64,000 bases of DNA from Candidatus Woesearchaeota archaeon (GTDB taxonomy: Archaea; Nanobdellota; Nanobdellia; Woesearchaeales; GCA-2686295), in NCBI GenBank assembly GCA_016784125.1, contig JADHVI010000001.1:78417-142416 (forward strand), read 5' to 3'. The stretch's first letter is position 1. Each line of letters starts with the position of its first letter. The notes under the pieces are model-generated. The model did no database searches. It was not told the origin of the DNA and saw nothing but the letters and a program-made list of their open reading frames with translations. Shown in pieces: positions 9,382-18,869 of the stretch. The translations under genes were made by a program, and so were the position numbers.

Positions 9382-9759
9382 ATGACTTCGTTACTTGCGT
9401 GTTTATCAACTGGTAAGGGTTCTTGGGCTCATCTTTTGGAAGTTATAAGAGGTACTGAATGGGATAATGTTATTTTAGTAACAAACGAGTTTGGAAAAGA
9501 ACGTTTTAATGAACCAAATGTTCAGCTTATAACTCTTGATTTGAACCTTTCACCTGATATTCTTTCAGATTCTATTGTTGCTGCTCTTCACGGTAAGAAT
9601 CTTGGAATGGAAGTGGCCATAAATATGTCTTCAGGTACAGGAAATGAGCATATGGCTCTTTTATCTGCGGTTTTAAAACTTGGTTTAGGAATGAGATTAG
9701 TGTTTTCTAAAAATGGAACCGTAGAAGAGTTAAAATTGTTCAATGCTTCTTTTGACTAG
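9382..9759 (+). CDS. Hypothetical small alpha/beta protein (possible CARF-like Rossmann fold)
   Basis: Alternating strand/helix pattern; EVAINMSSGTG resembles the CARF N/D-x-S/T-x-G motif. Confidence 0.6.
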   Translation: MTSLLACLSTGKGSWAHLLEVIRGTEWDNVILVTNEFGKERFNEPNVQLITLDLNLSPDILSDSIVAALHGKNLGMEVAINMSSGTGNEHMALLSAVLKLGLGMRLVFSKNGTVEELKLFNASFD

Positions 9760-10333
9760 AATAAACTCTATAGCCTGATTTTATTCCTAATTCTTCTTTG
9801 TTACCAAAAACAGAAAGCATTTTTTCAGATAAACTTTTCCCACCTTTGTTGTGTCGGGCCACAATTTGTAATGATCCTCCTAGAGTAATGTGCTCAAAGC
9901 TTTCTTCTATTAGCCTAAAACAAACACTTTTTCCAGCCACTTGAGGAGGATTTAGTAATATTAAATCAAATTTATCTTTTATTTTTTGGAAACCATCGGA
10001 TTGAAAAACTTTTCCTTGGATTTTGTTAAGCTTCAAATTTTTCCTTGCCAAAAAAGCTGCTCTTTTATTAACATCACTAAAGAAGACATCACAATTTGAA
10101 AACATTTTATGTACATAAATGCCAACGATTCCAATTCCACATCCCAAATCCAAAATTTTGCTGTTGTTATTTACTTTCATGTATTTGAGAAGAACAGAAG
10201 TGCCTTTATCCAATCTTTTTTTTGAGAAAACTCCTGAACCAGAATAAAGAGGTATAGATATATTTCCAATACATATTTCAATCTCTTGAATGTTTAAAGG
10301 TGCTGTTTGTTCTTCAGAATAATAATGTTCCAT
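9740..10333 (-). CDS. Class I SAM methyltransferase, small-domain (RsmC-like) family
   Basis: MEHYYSE, SGVFSKKRLDKGT, LDLGCGIG, LNPP. Confidence 0.88.
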   Translation of the reverse strand: MEHYYSEEQTAPLNIQEIEICIGNISIPLYSGSGVFSKKRLDKGTSVLLKYMKVNNNSKILDLGCGIGIVGIYVHKMFSNCDVFFSDVNKRAAFLARKNLKLNKIQGKVFQSDGFQKIKDKFDLILLNPPQVAGKSVCFRLIEESFEHITLGGSLQIVARHNKGGKSLSEKMLSVFGNKEELGIKSGYRVYSSQKKH

Positions 10334-10334
10334 T

Positions 10335-10952
10335 TTACATTACTTTGATGAGTGAGTATGAAAACGCATCAGCAACTCTAACGGCATCTCCTTCTTTGTA
10401 TTCAAGGATTATACATCTATTATAACCATAAACAGTGTTTCTATTACTTTTCTTGAAAGATATTACAACTACTTCTTGACTGGCATTATCACAAGTTGCA
10501 TATGGTAAACCTTCAACTAAATCATTTACTGCACTAACTGTTTTAATATTGAGCACTTCATATCTTTCACCAGTTATCTTGGCAATTTCTATTCCTGCAA
10601 TTGCCATGTCTGAACTGCTATCTCCTGGTAAAGAGATTATAATTTTTTTAGGTCTGTAAACAAGTATTATGTTTTCCACATCTTCTTCTACATTGATGTC
10701 TTCTAATTCATTTGGGTGAAAATAATATGGTATGGTGTAAGGTACTTTGTTGAGTTCAATCTTTGTAAACCATAATTCGCTACTCTGGTCATAATAGAAT
10801 TGGAATTCATGATAATTATTAGCATTAACTTGACTTTCAACTTTGTGCTTACTGTAATAAATAGATCCTATAAGAACCACGCATATCACAATGACTATAA
10901 CAATAAACCAAACTTTGCTTTCATTGCTTTTCTTACTGCTCTTCTTCATCAT
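10335..10952 (-). CDS. Hypothetical membrane-anchored protein (paralog of 10933-11529)
   Basis: N-terminal TM helix; LPYATCDNAS, RCIILE. Confidence 0.7.
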   Translation of the reverse strand: MMKKSSKKSNESKVWFIVIVIVICVVLIGSIYYSKHKVESQVNANNYHEFQFYYDQSSELWFTKIELNKVPYTIPYYFHPNELEDINVEEDVENIILVYRPKKIIISLPGDSSSDMAIAGIEIAKITGERYEVLNIKTVSAVNDLVEGLPYATCDNASQEVVVISFKKSNRNTVYGYNRCIILEYKEGDAVRVADAFSYSLIKVM

Positions 10953-11529
10953 TCATAACACCATAGTGCACATATAGAATTAAATCTCTGAATCTAAAGA
11001 AGTCTTCTGTGTATCCATTCATTATGATACACCCATTTTCTTCTCTTATGCTTGTTTCGGTTGAAATATTAAAATATATTACAGGCATAAACTGTGTGGC
11101 ATTATCACAAGTAATTTTTGGAAGAAAGTATGTATCTGATTCTTTTGTTATGCCATCAATGACAAAAGAACTTATAGTAATCTGAAGATCTCTTCTTACA
11201 GAATCAATATACAATAAATTTTGTAATTCACTATCAGGATCAAAAGTAAGATACATGACAGGAGACAATAATTTTTCATTTAAAGAGTTTGGATGTTCTA
11301 AATACAGTAATTCTTGTGGTAATGACTGAAAGCCAATTCTCTGTTCACCAATCTTGGTTACAAAGACATTTTCAGTTCTTGTGAATTTGAAGCCGTTATA
11401 TTCCCATTTCTCACTACCTCTATTACCAACAATGATGCCCAGCATACTGACAACCATTAGGAGGACTAGTACTCCGCCCATCAAAAACTTCTTTTTTCGG
11501 GCCTTTCGAGAGTCTATTCTTTTAAGCAT
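10933..11529 (-). CDS. Hypothetical membrane-anchored protein (paralog of 10335-10952)
   Basis: N-terminal TM helix; YNGFKF, LPKITCDNAT, GCIIMN. Confidence 0.7.
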   Translation of the reverse strand: MLKRIDSRKARKKKFLMGGVLVLLMVVSMLGIIVGNRGSEKWEYNGFKFTRTENVFVTKIGEQRIGFQSLPQELLYLEHPNSLNEKLLSPVMYLTFDPDSELQNLLYIDSVRRDLQITISSFVIDGITKESDTYFLPKITCDNATQFMPVIYFNISTETSIREENGCIIMNGYTEDFFRFRDLILYVHYGVMNDEEEQ

Positions 11530-11604
11530 GCACCTCTAGAATAGTACTCCATTTAAATAATTTTTTCAAAAACCTTTAAATATCCATTACCTTTTAGCGA
11601 TACT

Positions 11605-14130
11605 ATGTTGCCAGACAAGGAGATTAAGAAAAAATTCAGACCAATATTTTCAAAGAGTCCAGATAAATTCTATCCTACTGATGTATTAAAAGAAGAGGGT
11701 TTTGAAAGAAAGATTTGTCCTTCTTGTAAAAAGCCTTTTTGGTCTACCACTAATAGAGATGTTTGTGGAGATCCTGCTTGTAGTAAAGAATTCGGATTTA
11801 TTGGGAACTCGCCAGCAAAAAACAAACTTGGTTATGTTGATGTTTGGCTTGAATTTTCTAAAATGTTCAAGAAATTTGGATATACACCTATAAAAAGATA
11901 TCCCGTCGTTGCACGTTGGAATCCAACTATGGAATACACTAATGCTTCGATTGCAGCTTTTCAGCCATATGTTATTTCTGGTGCTATAAAACCCCCCGCA
12001 AACCCCCTTGTAGTGCCCCAGTTTTGTTTGAGATTTGCAGATGTTGACAATGTTGGCATTACAGGAAGTCATAATACGGGGTTTGTTATGATTGGACAAC
12101 ACATGTTTGTTCCGCCAGAAAAATGGGATCAGAATGAAGTTTTCAGACATATTCATACATGGGTTAAGAAAGGAATTGGTTTGCCTAATAAGGAAGTAAC
12201 TTTTCATGAAGATGCTTGGGCAGGCGGAGGAAATTTTGGTTGTTGTATGGAATTTTTTTCCAGAGGTTGTGAGCTTGGAAATCAAGTGTATATGTTGTAT
12301 GAACAAACAAATAAAGGTCATAAGGATCTTAACATTAAAGTTCTTGATATGGGCATGGGTCAGGAAAGAAACGCTTGGTTTACTCAAGGAACAAATACTA
12401 TGTATGATGCAATATTCCCATCTGTCATAAAGAAATTGAAACAAATAACAGGAATAAAAGTTGATGATAAAATTATGAAGCGATATGTGCCTTATTCAGG
12501 TTTGCTTAACATTGACGAGACAGACAATATACAGGCTTCTTGGAACGCAGTTTCCAAAAAAGTTGGTGTGGAAACATCTGAATTGAAAAAACTCATAATT
12601 CCAATGTCTGCAGTATACTCCGTTGCAGAACACTCTAGATCATTATTAGTTGCTCTGTCTGATAGTGCACTTCCAAGTAATGTTGGTGGTGGATACAATC
12701 TTAGAATGATATTGAGACGAGCGCTATCTTTTATCAATCAGTATGGATGGGATGTATCTCTGAATGATGTTTGTGAATGGCACGCAATTTACTTGAAAAA
12801 AATGTTTCCAGAACTGTCCGAGAGTCTTCCTGAAGTAAATGAAATATTAGATGTTGAAAAAAGAAAATATTCTGAAACAAGGAAAAGAAACCAGCAAATT
12901 ATTTCACAAATAATCAAAAAGAAAATAGATGATGACAAATTAGTGGAATTATATGATAGTCAAGGTATTACACCTGATCAAGTTGTAGAAGAAGCCAAAA
13001 AACAAAACACTACAATTTCTGTTCCTGAAAATTTTTACTCATTGGTGTCTGCAAGACATGAAGCAAAAGATCAAAAAACTCAAACAAAAAAAGAACTAGA
13101 TTTAGATCTCAAAGGAGTTCCAGATACAGAAGTACTTTACTTTGATTATTATGATTTAATAAAATTTGAAGGTGTAGTTCTAAAAATTATTGGTAACAAA
13201 GTAATTCTTGATCGAACAGCATTTTATCCTACATCGGGAGGTCAGATGAATGATAAGGGATTATTAGGTAAACATAAAGTTGTTGAAGTTGTCAAACAAG
13301 GAGGAATAATTGTTCACATACTTGAACAGAAACCAACTTTTAAGAAAGGAGATTTTATCAAAGGAAACATAAATTTTGAAAGACGATTACAATTAACTCA
13401 GCATCACACAGGCACACACATCTTGAATGGGGCTGCCAAGAAAGTTTTAGGTAATCATATTTGGCAAGGCGGAGCTGCTAAATTTATTGATCACGCTAGA
13501 TTGGATATAACTCATTTTGAACAATTAACTCAGGAGCAACTTAAGAAAATAGAGGCTTTAGCTAATAATATAATCAATCAAAACTTGCCTGTTTACAAAT
13601 CATTTATGTCAAGAGATGTGGCAGAATCTAAATATGGTTTTACTATTTATCAAGGTGGAGCAGTACCGGGGAAAAAACTAAGAATAGTGGAGATTCCAGG
13701 GTTTGATGTTGAAGCTTGTGGAGGTACACATTTAAATCTTACAGGGGAATGTAAATCTTTAAGAATTCTTAAATCAACAAAAGTACAGGACGGAGTTATA
13801 AGAATTGAATTTGTGTGTGGGAATGCAGCCATAGGTGTTGCTAGTCAGCAAAAAGATTTGGTGGCAGAAATTTCTACTCTTCTAAATTGTAAAGAAGACG
13901 AAATTTATTATCGAGCTGAAGAACTCTTTTCGAAATGGAAGCAAGTTAGAAAGGCCATTAAGAAGAAAAAAAAGATATCTCGTGAAGATATTAAATTAAT
14001 TTCTAAAAAGAAATTTTCTGGCGATGTTGGTACTGCAACAGCGGAGTTTTTGAGAACTCAACCAGAACATTTACCTAAAACAATTAAAAGATTTTTATCA
14101 GACTTAGAATTCGCCACTAAGAATAATTAA
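11605..14130 (+). CDS. alaS: Alanine--tRNA ligase (archaeal type)
   Basis: RYPVVARW, ASIAAFQP, QFCLRFADVDNVG, DAWAGGGN; editing motifs QHHTGTH and ACGGTH; YQGGAVPG. Confidence 0.97.
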   Translation: MLPDKEIKKKFRPIFSKSPDKFYPTDVLKEEGFERKICPSCKKPFWSTTNRDVCGDPACSKEFGFIGNSPAKNKLGYVDVWLEFSKMFKKFGYTPIKRYPVVARWNPTMEYTNASIAAFQPYVISGAIKPPANPLVVPQFCLRFADVDNVGITGSHNTGFVMIGQHMFVPPEKWDQNEVFRHIHTWVKKGIGLPNKEVTFHEDAWAGGGNFGCCMEFFSRGCELGNQVYMLYEQTNKGHKDLNIKVLDMGMGQERNAWFTQGTNTMYDAIFPSVIKKLKQITGIKVDDKIMKRYVPYSGLLNIDETDNIQASWNAVSKKVGVETSELKKLIIPMSAVYSVAEHSRSLLVALSDSALPSNVGGGYNLRMILRRALSFINQYGWDVSLNDVCEWHAIYLKKMFPELSESLPEVNEILDVEKRKYSETRKRNQQIISQIIKKKIDDDKLVELYDSQGITPDQVVEEAKKQNTTISVPENFYSLVSARHEAKDQKTQTKKELDLDLKGVPDTEVLYFDYYDLIKFEGVVLKIIGNKVILDRTAFYPTSGGQMNDKGLLGKHKVVEVVKQGGIIVHILEQKPTFKKGDFIKGNINFERRLQLTQHHTGTHILNGAAKKVLGNHIWQGGAAKFIDHARLDITHFEQLTQEQLKKIEALANNIINQNLPVYKSFMSRDVAESKYGFTIYQGGAVPGKKLRIVEIPGFDVEACGGTHLNLTGECKSLRILKSTKVQDGVIRIEFVCGNAAIGVASQQKDLVAEISTLLNCKEDEIYYRAEELFSKWKQVRKAIKKKKKISREDIKLISKKKFSGDVGTATAEFLRTQPEHLPKTIKRFLSDLEFATKNN

Positions 14131-14558
14131 TGAATAATTACTGTTTTCTCTTTGTAAGCTTGCGCACAATGTTGACAGCAAAAAGTTTTTTCTTTGTTTT
14201 TGATGAGATCTATAAATCCTCCTTCATAAATTTTACAATCACAATGTGGGCATGTAGTTAACCTTTTTTCAATAACAGTATTTATGAGTGATCCAAGTTT
14301 ATTGAAAACAACTTCAATGAATTCTTCTCCACTCTTAGTCAAACAATATCTCTTCTTTTCTCTTTCTTCAATTTCTTTGCAACAAATAAATTCGTTGTCT
14401 TGAAGAGATTTCAAAAAAGGATATATGTGGCTTGCACTAATGTTTCTATCCATTCTTGTTTCTAACTCTTTAATGATCTCATATCCATGCTTTGGCCCGT
14501 TGTTCAGAAGACATAAAGTATATAGCTTAACTACGCTATTAATCTTGATATGGGCCAT
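14127..14558 (-). CDS. PadR-family regulator with a C-terminal Cys-rich (TRASH-like) domain
   Basis: PKHGYEIIKEL..IYPFLKSL..KRYCLTKSG plus CPHC-x-FCCQHCA. Confidence 0.85.
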   Translation of the reverse strand: MAHIKINSVVKLYTLCLLNNGPKHGYEIIKELETRMDRNISASHIYPFLKSLQDNEFICCKEIEEREKKRYCLTKSGEEFIEVVFNKLGSLINTVIEKRLTTCPHCDCKIYEGGFIDLIKNKEKTFCCQHCAQAYKEKTVIIH

Positions 14559-14654
14559 TTTTTTTAGAATTAAGTCTTATTTAAAAACCTATCTGAAAGC
14601 CATAACTATTGAGTAATAGAAACAAATATATACTCTGACACATAAGTTTGTAAT

Positions 14655-15320
14655 ATGAGTTTATTGAAAGCTATCCAAACAATAAAATTAAATCTAGGGT
14701 CCGATGTTAAACTCATCGCTGTCACGAAAAAAAGATCTGTGAGAGAAATAAATCAACTAATTTTTTTAGGAGTAAAAGATATTGGTGAAAGCCAAGTTCA
14801 AGAAGCAGAAGAAAAGAAATCTCTAATTAAAGAGCAAGTAAATTGGCATTTAATTGGACATCTTCAAAGAAATAAGATTAAACAAGCAGTTGAAATATTT
14901 GATATGATTCAAAGCGTTGATTCTTATAAGCTTGCTAAAAAAATTAACTCTGTGTGCAAAAGCAAAAACAAAGTAATGGCAGTTCTTGTACAAGTTAACA
15001 TTGCGAAAGAACCTCAAAAATATGGGCTTATGGAAGAAGAAGTTATCCCATTTCTGAAAAGTTTGTTTGAGTTTAAAAATATAAAAATTTTAGGTTTGAT
15101 GACCATTGCTCCATTCATAAAACCAGAGGAAACAAGGACTTATTTCAGGAAGATGAAGCATTTATTCAATAAAATTCAAAAAGAAAATTTGTCCGGGATA
15201 GAAATGAAATACTTGAGTATGGGCATGACTAATGATTATAAAGTGGCTATACAAGAAGGGTCTAACATGGCAAGAATAGGTACTGCTATTTTCCGAGAAG
15301 TTCAAAAACCTTCTTCTTAA
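14655..15320 (+). CDS. yggS: YggS/PLP homeostasis protein
   Basis: LIAVTK, IGESQVQE, WHLIGHLQRNK, LSMGMTNDY, RIGTAIF. Confidence 0.95.
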   Translation: MSLLKAIQTIKLNLGSDVKLIAVTKKRSVREINQLIFLGVKDIGESQVQEAEEKKSLIKEQVNWHLIGHLQRNKIKQAVEIFDMIQSVDSYKLAKKINSVCKSKNKVMAVLVQVNIAKEPQKYGLMEEEVIPFLKSLFEFKNIKILGLMTIAPFIKPEETRTYFRKMKHLFNKIQKENLSGIEMKYLSMGMTNDYKVAIQEGSNMARIGTAIFREVQKPSS

Positions 15321-16131
15321 CGAAATCATTATCATAACACTTTTCTTTCAAAGAACAAGAATTGCACTTATTTTTGTTTTCTGTGAATTCGGGCAATTCT
15401 CGCTTTTCAAGAATGTTTATAATCGCATCTCGAGTTTTCAAAACTCTTTCTTCTAAGAATGAATTAACAATCAATTCACGAGATTGATTTACATCAAGAT
15501 AAGTAATAAAATATCCCCTGACATTTTCTCCCAATTCTCTCATAATCATTGCATATGCGGCTAATTGTAGTTTATGAGAAGGCCATACGCCTCTATCAGG
15601 TGCTCTTCCAGTCTTAATTTCATACAATAGTTTTTTGTCAGGATATTTTTCAACCCTGTCAATAGCTCCACGTAGCATTAAGTTTTCAGATTGAACATTT
15701 ACTTCAGAATACATCTTTGGAGTCAACTGGTTCCATAATTCTTCACTATAAACTTCATGTCTGGCTACAAAATTAAACAAGTTTTCAGCTCTAAAAGTTG
15801 ATTCTCTTACAATCATGGGCCAAGATTTCTTGAAGAAATCAATTAGCGAAGCATTTATGTCTATCAAAGATTGTTTATTGTCAGAAATGACTTTTCTTAG
15901 AATATCCGCATGAGAATCTTTATATTTATCCAATATCTGGCTATAAGATGGTCTTTTTTTGATAGACTCAACCACCGTCTGTTCTTCTTTATTTATTAAA
16001 TCGAAGACTTTATGTCTGATGATGTCTTTTATCACTTCATCTTTTGGCGGAGCAGCTATTTTGAGAACTTTGTCTAAAAAAATCTTTCTTTGACAGAATT
16101 CATAGTCGGAGAGCAGAGTAACAGGAATCAC
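15286..16131 (-). CDS. Stand-alone Cas4/Dna2-like Fe-S PD-(D/E)xK nuclease
   Basis: YEFCQRK, GAIDRVE, EIKTG, QLAAYA, KCNSCSLKEKC (4 Cys). Probable GTG start at 16131. Confidence 0.85.
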   Translation of the reverse strand: MIPVTLLSDYEFCQRKIFLDKVLKIAAPPKDEVIKDIIRHKVFDLINKEEQTVVESIKKRPSYSQILDKYKDSHADILRKVISDNKQSLIDINASLIDFFKKSWPMIVRESTFRAENLFNFVARHEVYSEELWNQLTPKMYSEVNVQSENLMLRGAIDRVEKYPDKKLLYEIKTGRAPDRGVWPSHKLQLAAYAMIMRELGENVRGYFITYLDVNQSRELIVNSFLEERVLKTRDAIINILEKRELPEFTENKNKCNSCSLKEKCYDNDFVKKKVFELLGK

Positions 16132-16209
16132 ATCATTACTAATGAAGTTATATTTAAATGTCTTTACCGCAATCAAAAAGAATAAAAACAACACGATATA
16201 ATTAGTAGA

Positions 16210-17232
16210 ATGAAGCTAAAATCTTTTCAGAAAAAACTGCTTGAGAAGAAGGTAGATGGTGCATTATTGTTCTTTAGAGATCCGAATTTTTTTTATTTTA
16301 CACAACAAAACATAGATAACTCTATTTTACTCATACCTGCAAAAGGAAAACCATTGCTTTTTGTGAACAAATTGGAAGATGTAAATGTATCTATAAAAAC
16401 AATTATGTATGATGATCCTTATAAAGATTTAAGATCAACTTTAAAAAAGTTAAATTTGAAGATTCTTGGCATCAATGAATTTGCTATGACAGTCAAACAA
16501 AAGAGGTTTATATCAAAGACTGCAAAAACCGTTGATATAGAAAAGATTCTTCGAACATTAAGAGAAACCAAAACTGACGAGGAAATCAAAAATATTCAAA
16601 AAGCTTGTTCAATAACAGATAATATTCTTAGTAAGATAGTTAAACAGTTTCATTTCAAGACTGAAAAAGAAGTGAAGGATTTTATCAAAATCGAAGCCAT
16701 CAAAGAGGGGTGTGAGCTCTCTTTTGAACCAGTGGTTGCATCTGGCAAAGGTGCCTCTATACCACACTATTCTGGAAATAAAGCTATAAAAAAAGGGTTT
16801 ATGATTATTGATATGGGTGTCAAATATAGAGGTTATTGTGCAGACATAACTCGCACAGTGTATATTGGAACACCATCTGATAAAGAATTGGATTTATACA
16901 ATAAGATTTTATCGATTCAGAAATTAGCTATTAAAATGGTTAAACCAAATCAAAAAATATCTGAGATAGAAGCTTTTGTTAGGAAAAAGCTCGGATCTGA
17001 TGATAAATACTTTACTCACAGTTTAGGTCACGGCCTGGGAATTGATGTTCACGAATCGCCGACAGTGAGTATAAAATCAAAGAAAACCCTTGAAAAAGGT
17101 ATGGTTATCACGATAGAACCTGGATTATATAATCAGTTTGGTATAAGAATTGAAGATGATGTTCTCGTAACAAAAAAAGGTTATGCATTACTTTCTAAGT
17201 TTTCCAAGGCGCTGATTATACCAAAGTTTTAA
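16210..17232 (+). CDS. Xaa-Pro aminopeptidase (M24)
   Basis: IDMG..YCADITRT, HSLGHGLGIDVHE, TIEPGLY, GIRIEDDVLV. Confidence 0.93.
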   Translation: MKLKSFQKKLLEKKVDGALLFFRDPNFFYFTQQNIDNSILLIPAKGKPLLFVNKLEDVNVSIKTIMYDDPYKDLRSTLKKLNLKILGINEFAMTVKQKRFISKTAKTVDIEKILRTLRETKTDEEIKNIQKACSITDNILSKIVKQFHFKTEKEVKDFIKIEAIKEGCELSFEPVVASGKGASIPHYSGNKAIKKGFMIIDMGVKYRGYCADITRTVYIGTPSDKELDLYNKILSIQKLAIKMVKPNQKISEIEAFVRKKLGSDDKYFTHSLGHGLGIDVHESPTVSIKSKKTLEKGMVITIEPGLYNQFGIRIEDDVLVTKKGYALLSKFSKALIIPKF

Positions 17233-17257
17233 AAACATTGCTGCAATACTTTTTTAA

Positions 17258-18397
17258 ATGAAATCAACAGACAAACTCGACAAAGTTATGTTCTCTTATA
17301 CTATGAATTCTAACGGATTAGAAGATGAAAATAGGGTTTTACGAGAAACCGTGACTCAGCTTAAGACAGAGTTAGATAAATTCAAAACTCCTGCTCTTTT
17401 GATTGGCGACGTTATCGACGTTTTGGAAAAGAATGCCATTATTAAATTACCAAATGGGAATCAATTTGTCGTTGAAGTGTCGGGATCTGTTAAGAAGCTT
17501 AAACCTGGTGAGTCAGTTGTTTTAGAACAAAAAAATCTTACAATAGTAGATAAAATTCACACATCTAAGAAATTCAATGTTGAACAGTTTGTGATTCTAG
17601 AAAAACCAACACTTTCCTGGGAAGATATTGGTGGTTTGAAAGAACAAGCAGAGGCCATAAGAGAAGTCATAGAACTTCCTCTAAGAAAACCAGAATTATT
17701 CAAAAAAGTGGGTATAACCCCTCCAAAAGGCATATTGCTTTATGGTCCTCCAGGAACAGGTAAGACTCTCTTGGCAAAAGCCGTTGCTGCATCAACAAAT
17801 TCAACATTTATAGAAATTGTTGGTTCTGAACTCGTTCAGAAATTTATAGGCGAGGGCGCAAAGCTAGTAAAGGAAGTGTTTCAATTAGCTCGAGAAAAAG
17901 CACCTTCAATAGTATTCATTGATGAGATTGATGCTTTAGCTTCTAGAAGAATTGATGTTGGTACTTCTGGTGAAAGAGAAGTTCAAAGAACTTTCATGCA
18001 ATTCCTGTCAGAATTAGATGGATTTAAACCATTAGGTAATGTGAAGATCATAGGATGTACTAATAGAGATGATATATTGGATCCTGCAGTTGTAAGGCCT
18101 GGAAGATTGGATAGATTAATAGAAGTTCCTCATCCTAATGAAGATGGTATCAAAGAAATATTTAAGATTCACACTAGAAATATGACTCTTGACAAGAAGA
18201 TCAATTTTGAAAAAGTCATAAAGAAAATGAAAGATTTTTCAGGTGCAGAAATAAAGGCTGTTTGCACAGAGTCAGGGTACTGTGCGATAAGGAGAAACAA
18301 GACCAAAATCATGGAACAAGACTTATTGGACTCCATTATTAAAGTTAAGAATGAAGAAGACAGGATAGGATCAGATTATTTACATATGTATAGCTAA
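17258..18397 (+). CDS. pan: Proteasome-activating nucleotidase
   Basis: Coiled coil and OB domain, GPPGTGKT, FIDEID, RPGRLDR, C-terminal HbYX (MYS). Confidence 0.95.
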   Translation: MKSTDKLDKVMFSYTMNSNGLEDENRVLRETVTQLKTELDKFKTPALLIGDVIDVLEKNAIIKLPNGNQFVVEVSGSVKKLKPGESVVLEQKNLTIVDKIHTSKKFNVEQFVILEKPTLSWEDIGGLKEQAEAIREVIELPLRKPELFKKVGITPPKGILLYGPPGTGKTLLAKAVAASTNSTFIEIVGSELVQKFIGEGAKLVKEVFQLAREKAPSIVFIDEIDALASRRIDVGTSGEREVQRTFMQFLSELDGFKPLGNVKIIGCTNRDDILDPAVVRPGRLDRLIEVPHPNEDGIKEIFKIHTRNMTLDKKINFEKVIKKMKDFSGAEIKAVCTESGYCAIRRNKTKIMEQDLLDSIIKVKNEEDRIGSDYLHMYS

Positions 18398-18431
18398 AAG
18401 TTTTTAAACAGTTTCTTATTATATTAATATA

Positions 18432-18500
18432 CGTGCAATGACCGAGTGAACACCCGCTGAGGCTAACGCCTGTGAAGAACGGAAGTAACTAGGGAGCGCG
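18432..18500 (+). ncRNA. Probable C/D-box guide sRNA
   Basis: GC-rich island about 25 nt after TTTTTAAA. Terminal stem CGTGC/GCGCG; box C-like ATGACC; D' CTGA (18457-60); hairpin GGC-TAAC-GCC; C' GTGAAGA; D-like GGGA; two guide-length spacers of about 13 nt. Confidence 0.6.
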
Positions 18501-18516
18501 CTTTATATTGACTAAA

Positions 18517-18849
18517 ATGAAATTTAAACTAGAAGATGCACATAAGTTTGGCTGGAAAGGGCTTGATGGATGGGCTTATAATTCTAAAGATGATTTTGCA
18601 AGTGCAAGTGCAGCTTATTTTGAAGTAGATGGTTCTCATGGTAAATGCAAAACCCATAGCTCAGATAGAGTTTATTTGGTGTTAGAAGGTGAAGGAGAGT
18701 TTATTATTAACGACAAAGTCATAGAAGTAGAACAATCAGATGTGATAATAGTTCCTAAGAATACTCCTTATGATTATAGTGGTAAGATGAAACTATTTTT
18801 AGTTCACACACCTGCATACATGCCTGAAGATGATGTTAAGTTAGAATAA
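18517..18849 (+). CDS. Cupin-domain protein
   Basis: GSHGKC..SDRVYLVLEGEGEF..DVIIVPKNTPY; ATG 18517. Confidence 0.8.
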   Translation: MKFKLEDAHKFGWKGLDGWAYNSKDDFASASAAYFEVDGSHGKCKTHSSDRVYLVLEGEGEFIINDKVIEVEQSDVIIVPKNTPYDYSGKMKLFLVHTPAYMPEDDVKLE

Positions 18850-18869
18850 AAAAATAAAATAAATTATTT

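Noticed and set aside
15286..16131. CRISPR-Cas locus suggested by the Cas4-like gene
   Set aside because: No repeat-spacer array and no other cas genes are visible in the window.
18432..18500. tRNA or riboswitch reading of the GC-rich island
   Set aside because: No cloverleaf or TTCGA arm, and no riboswitch consensus I recognise; the C/D layout fits better.
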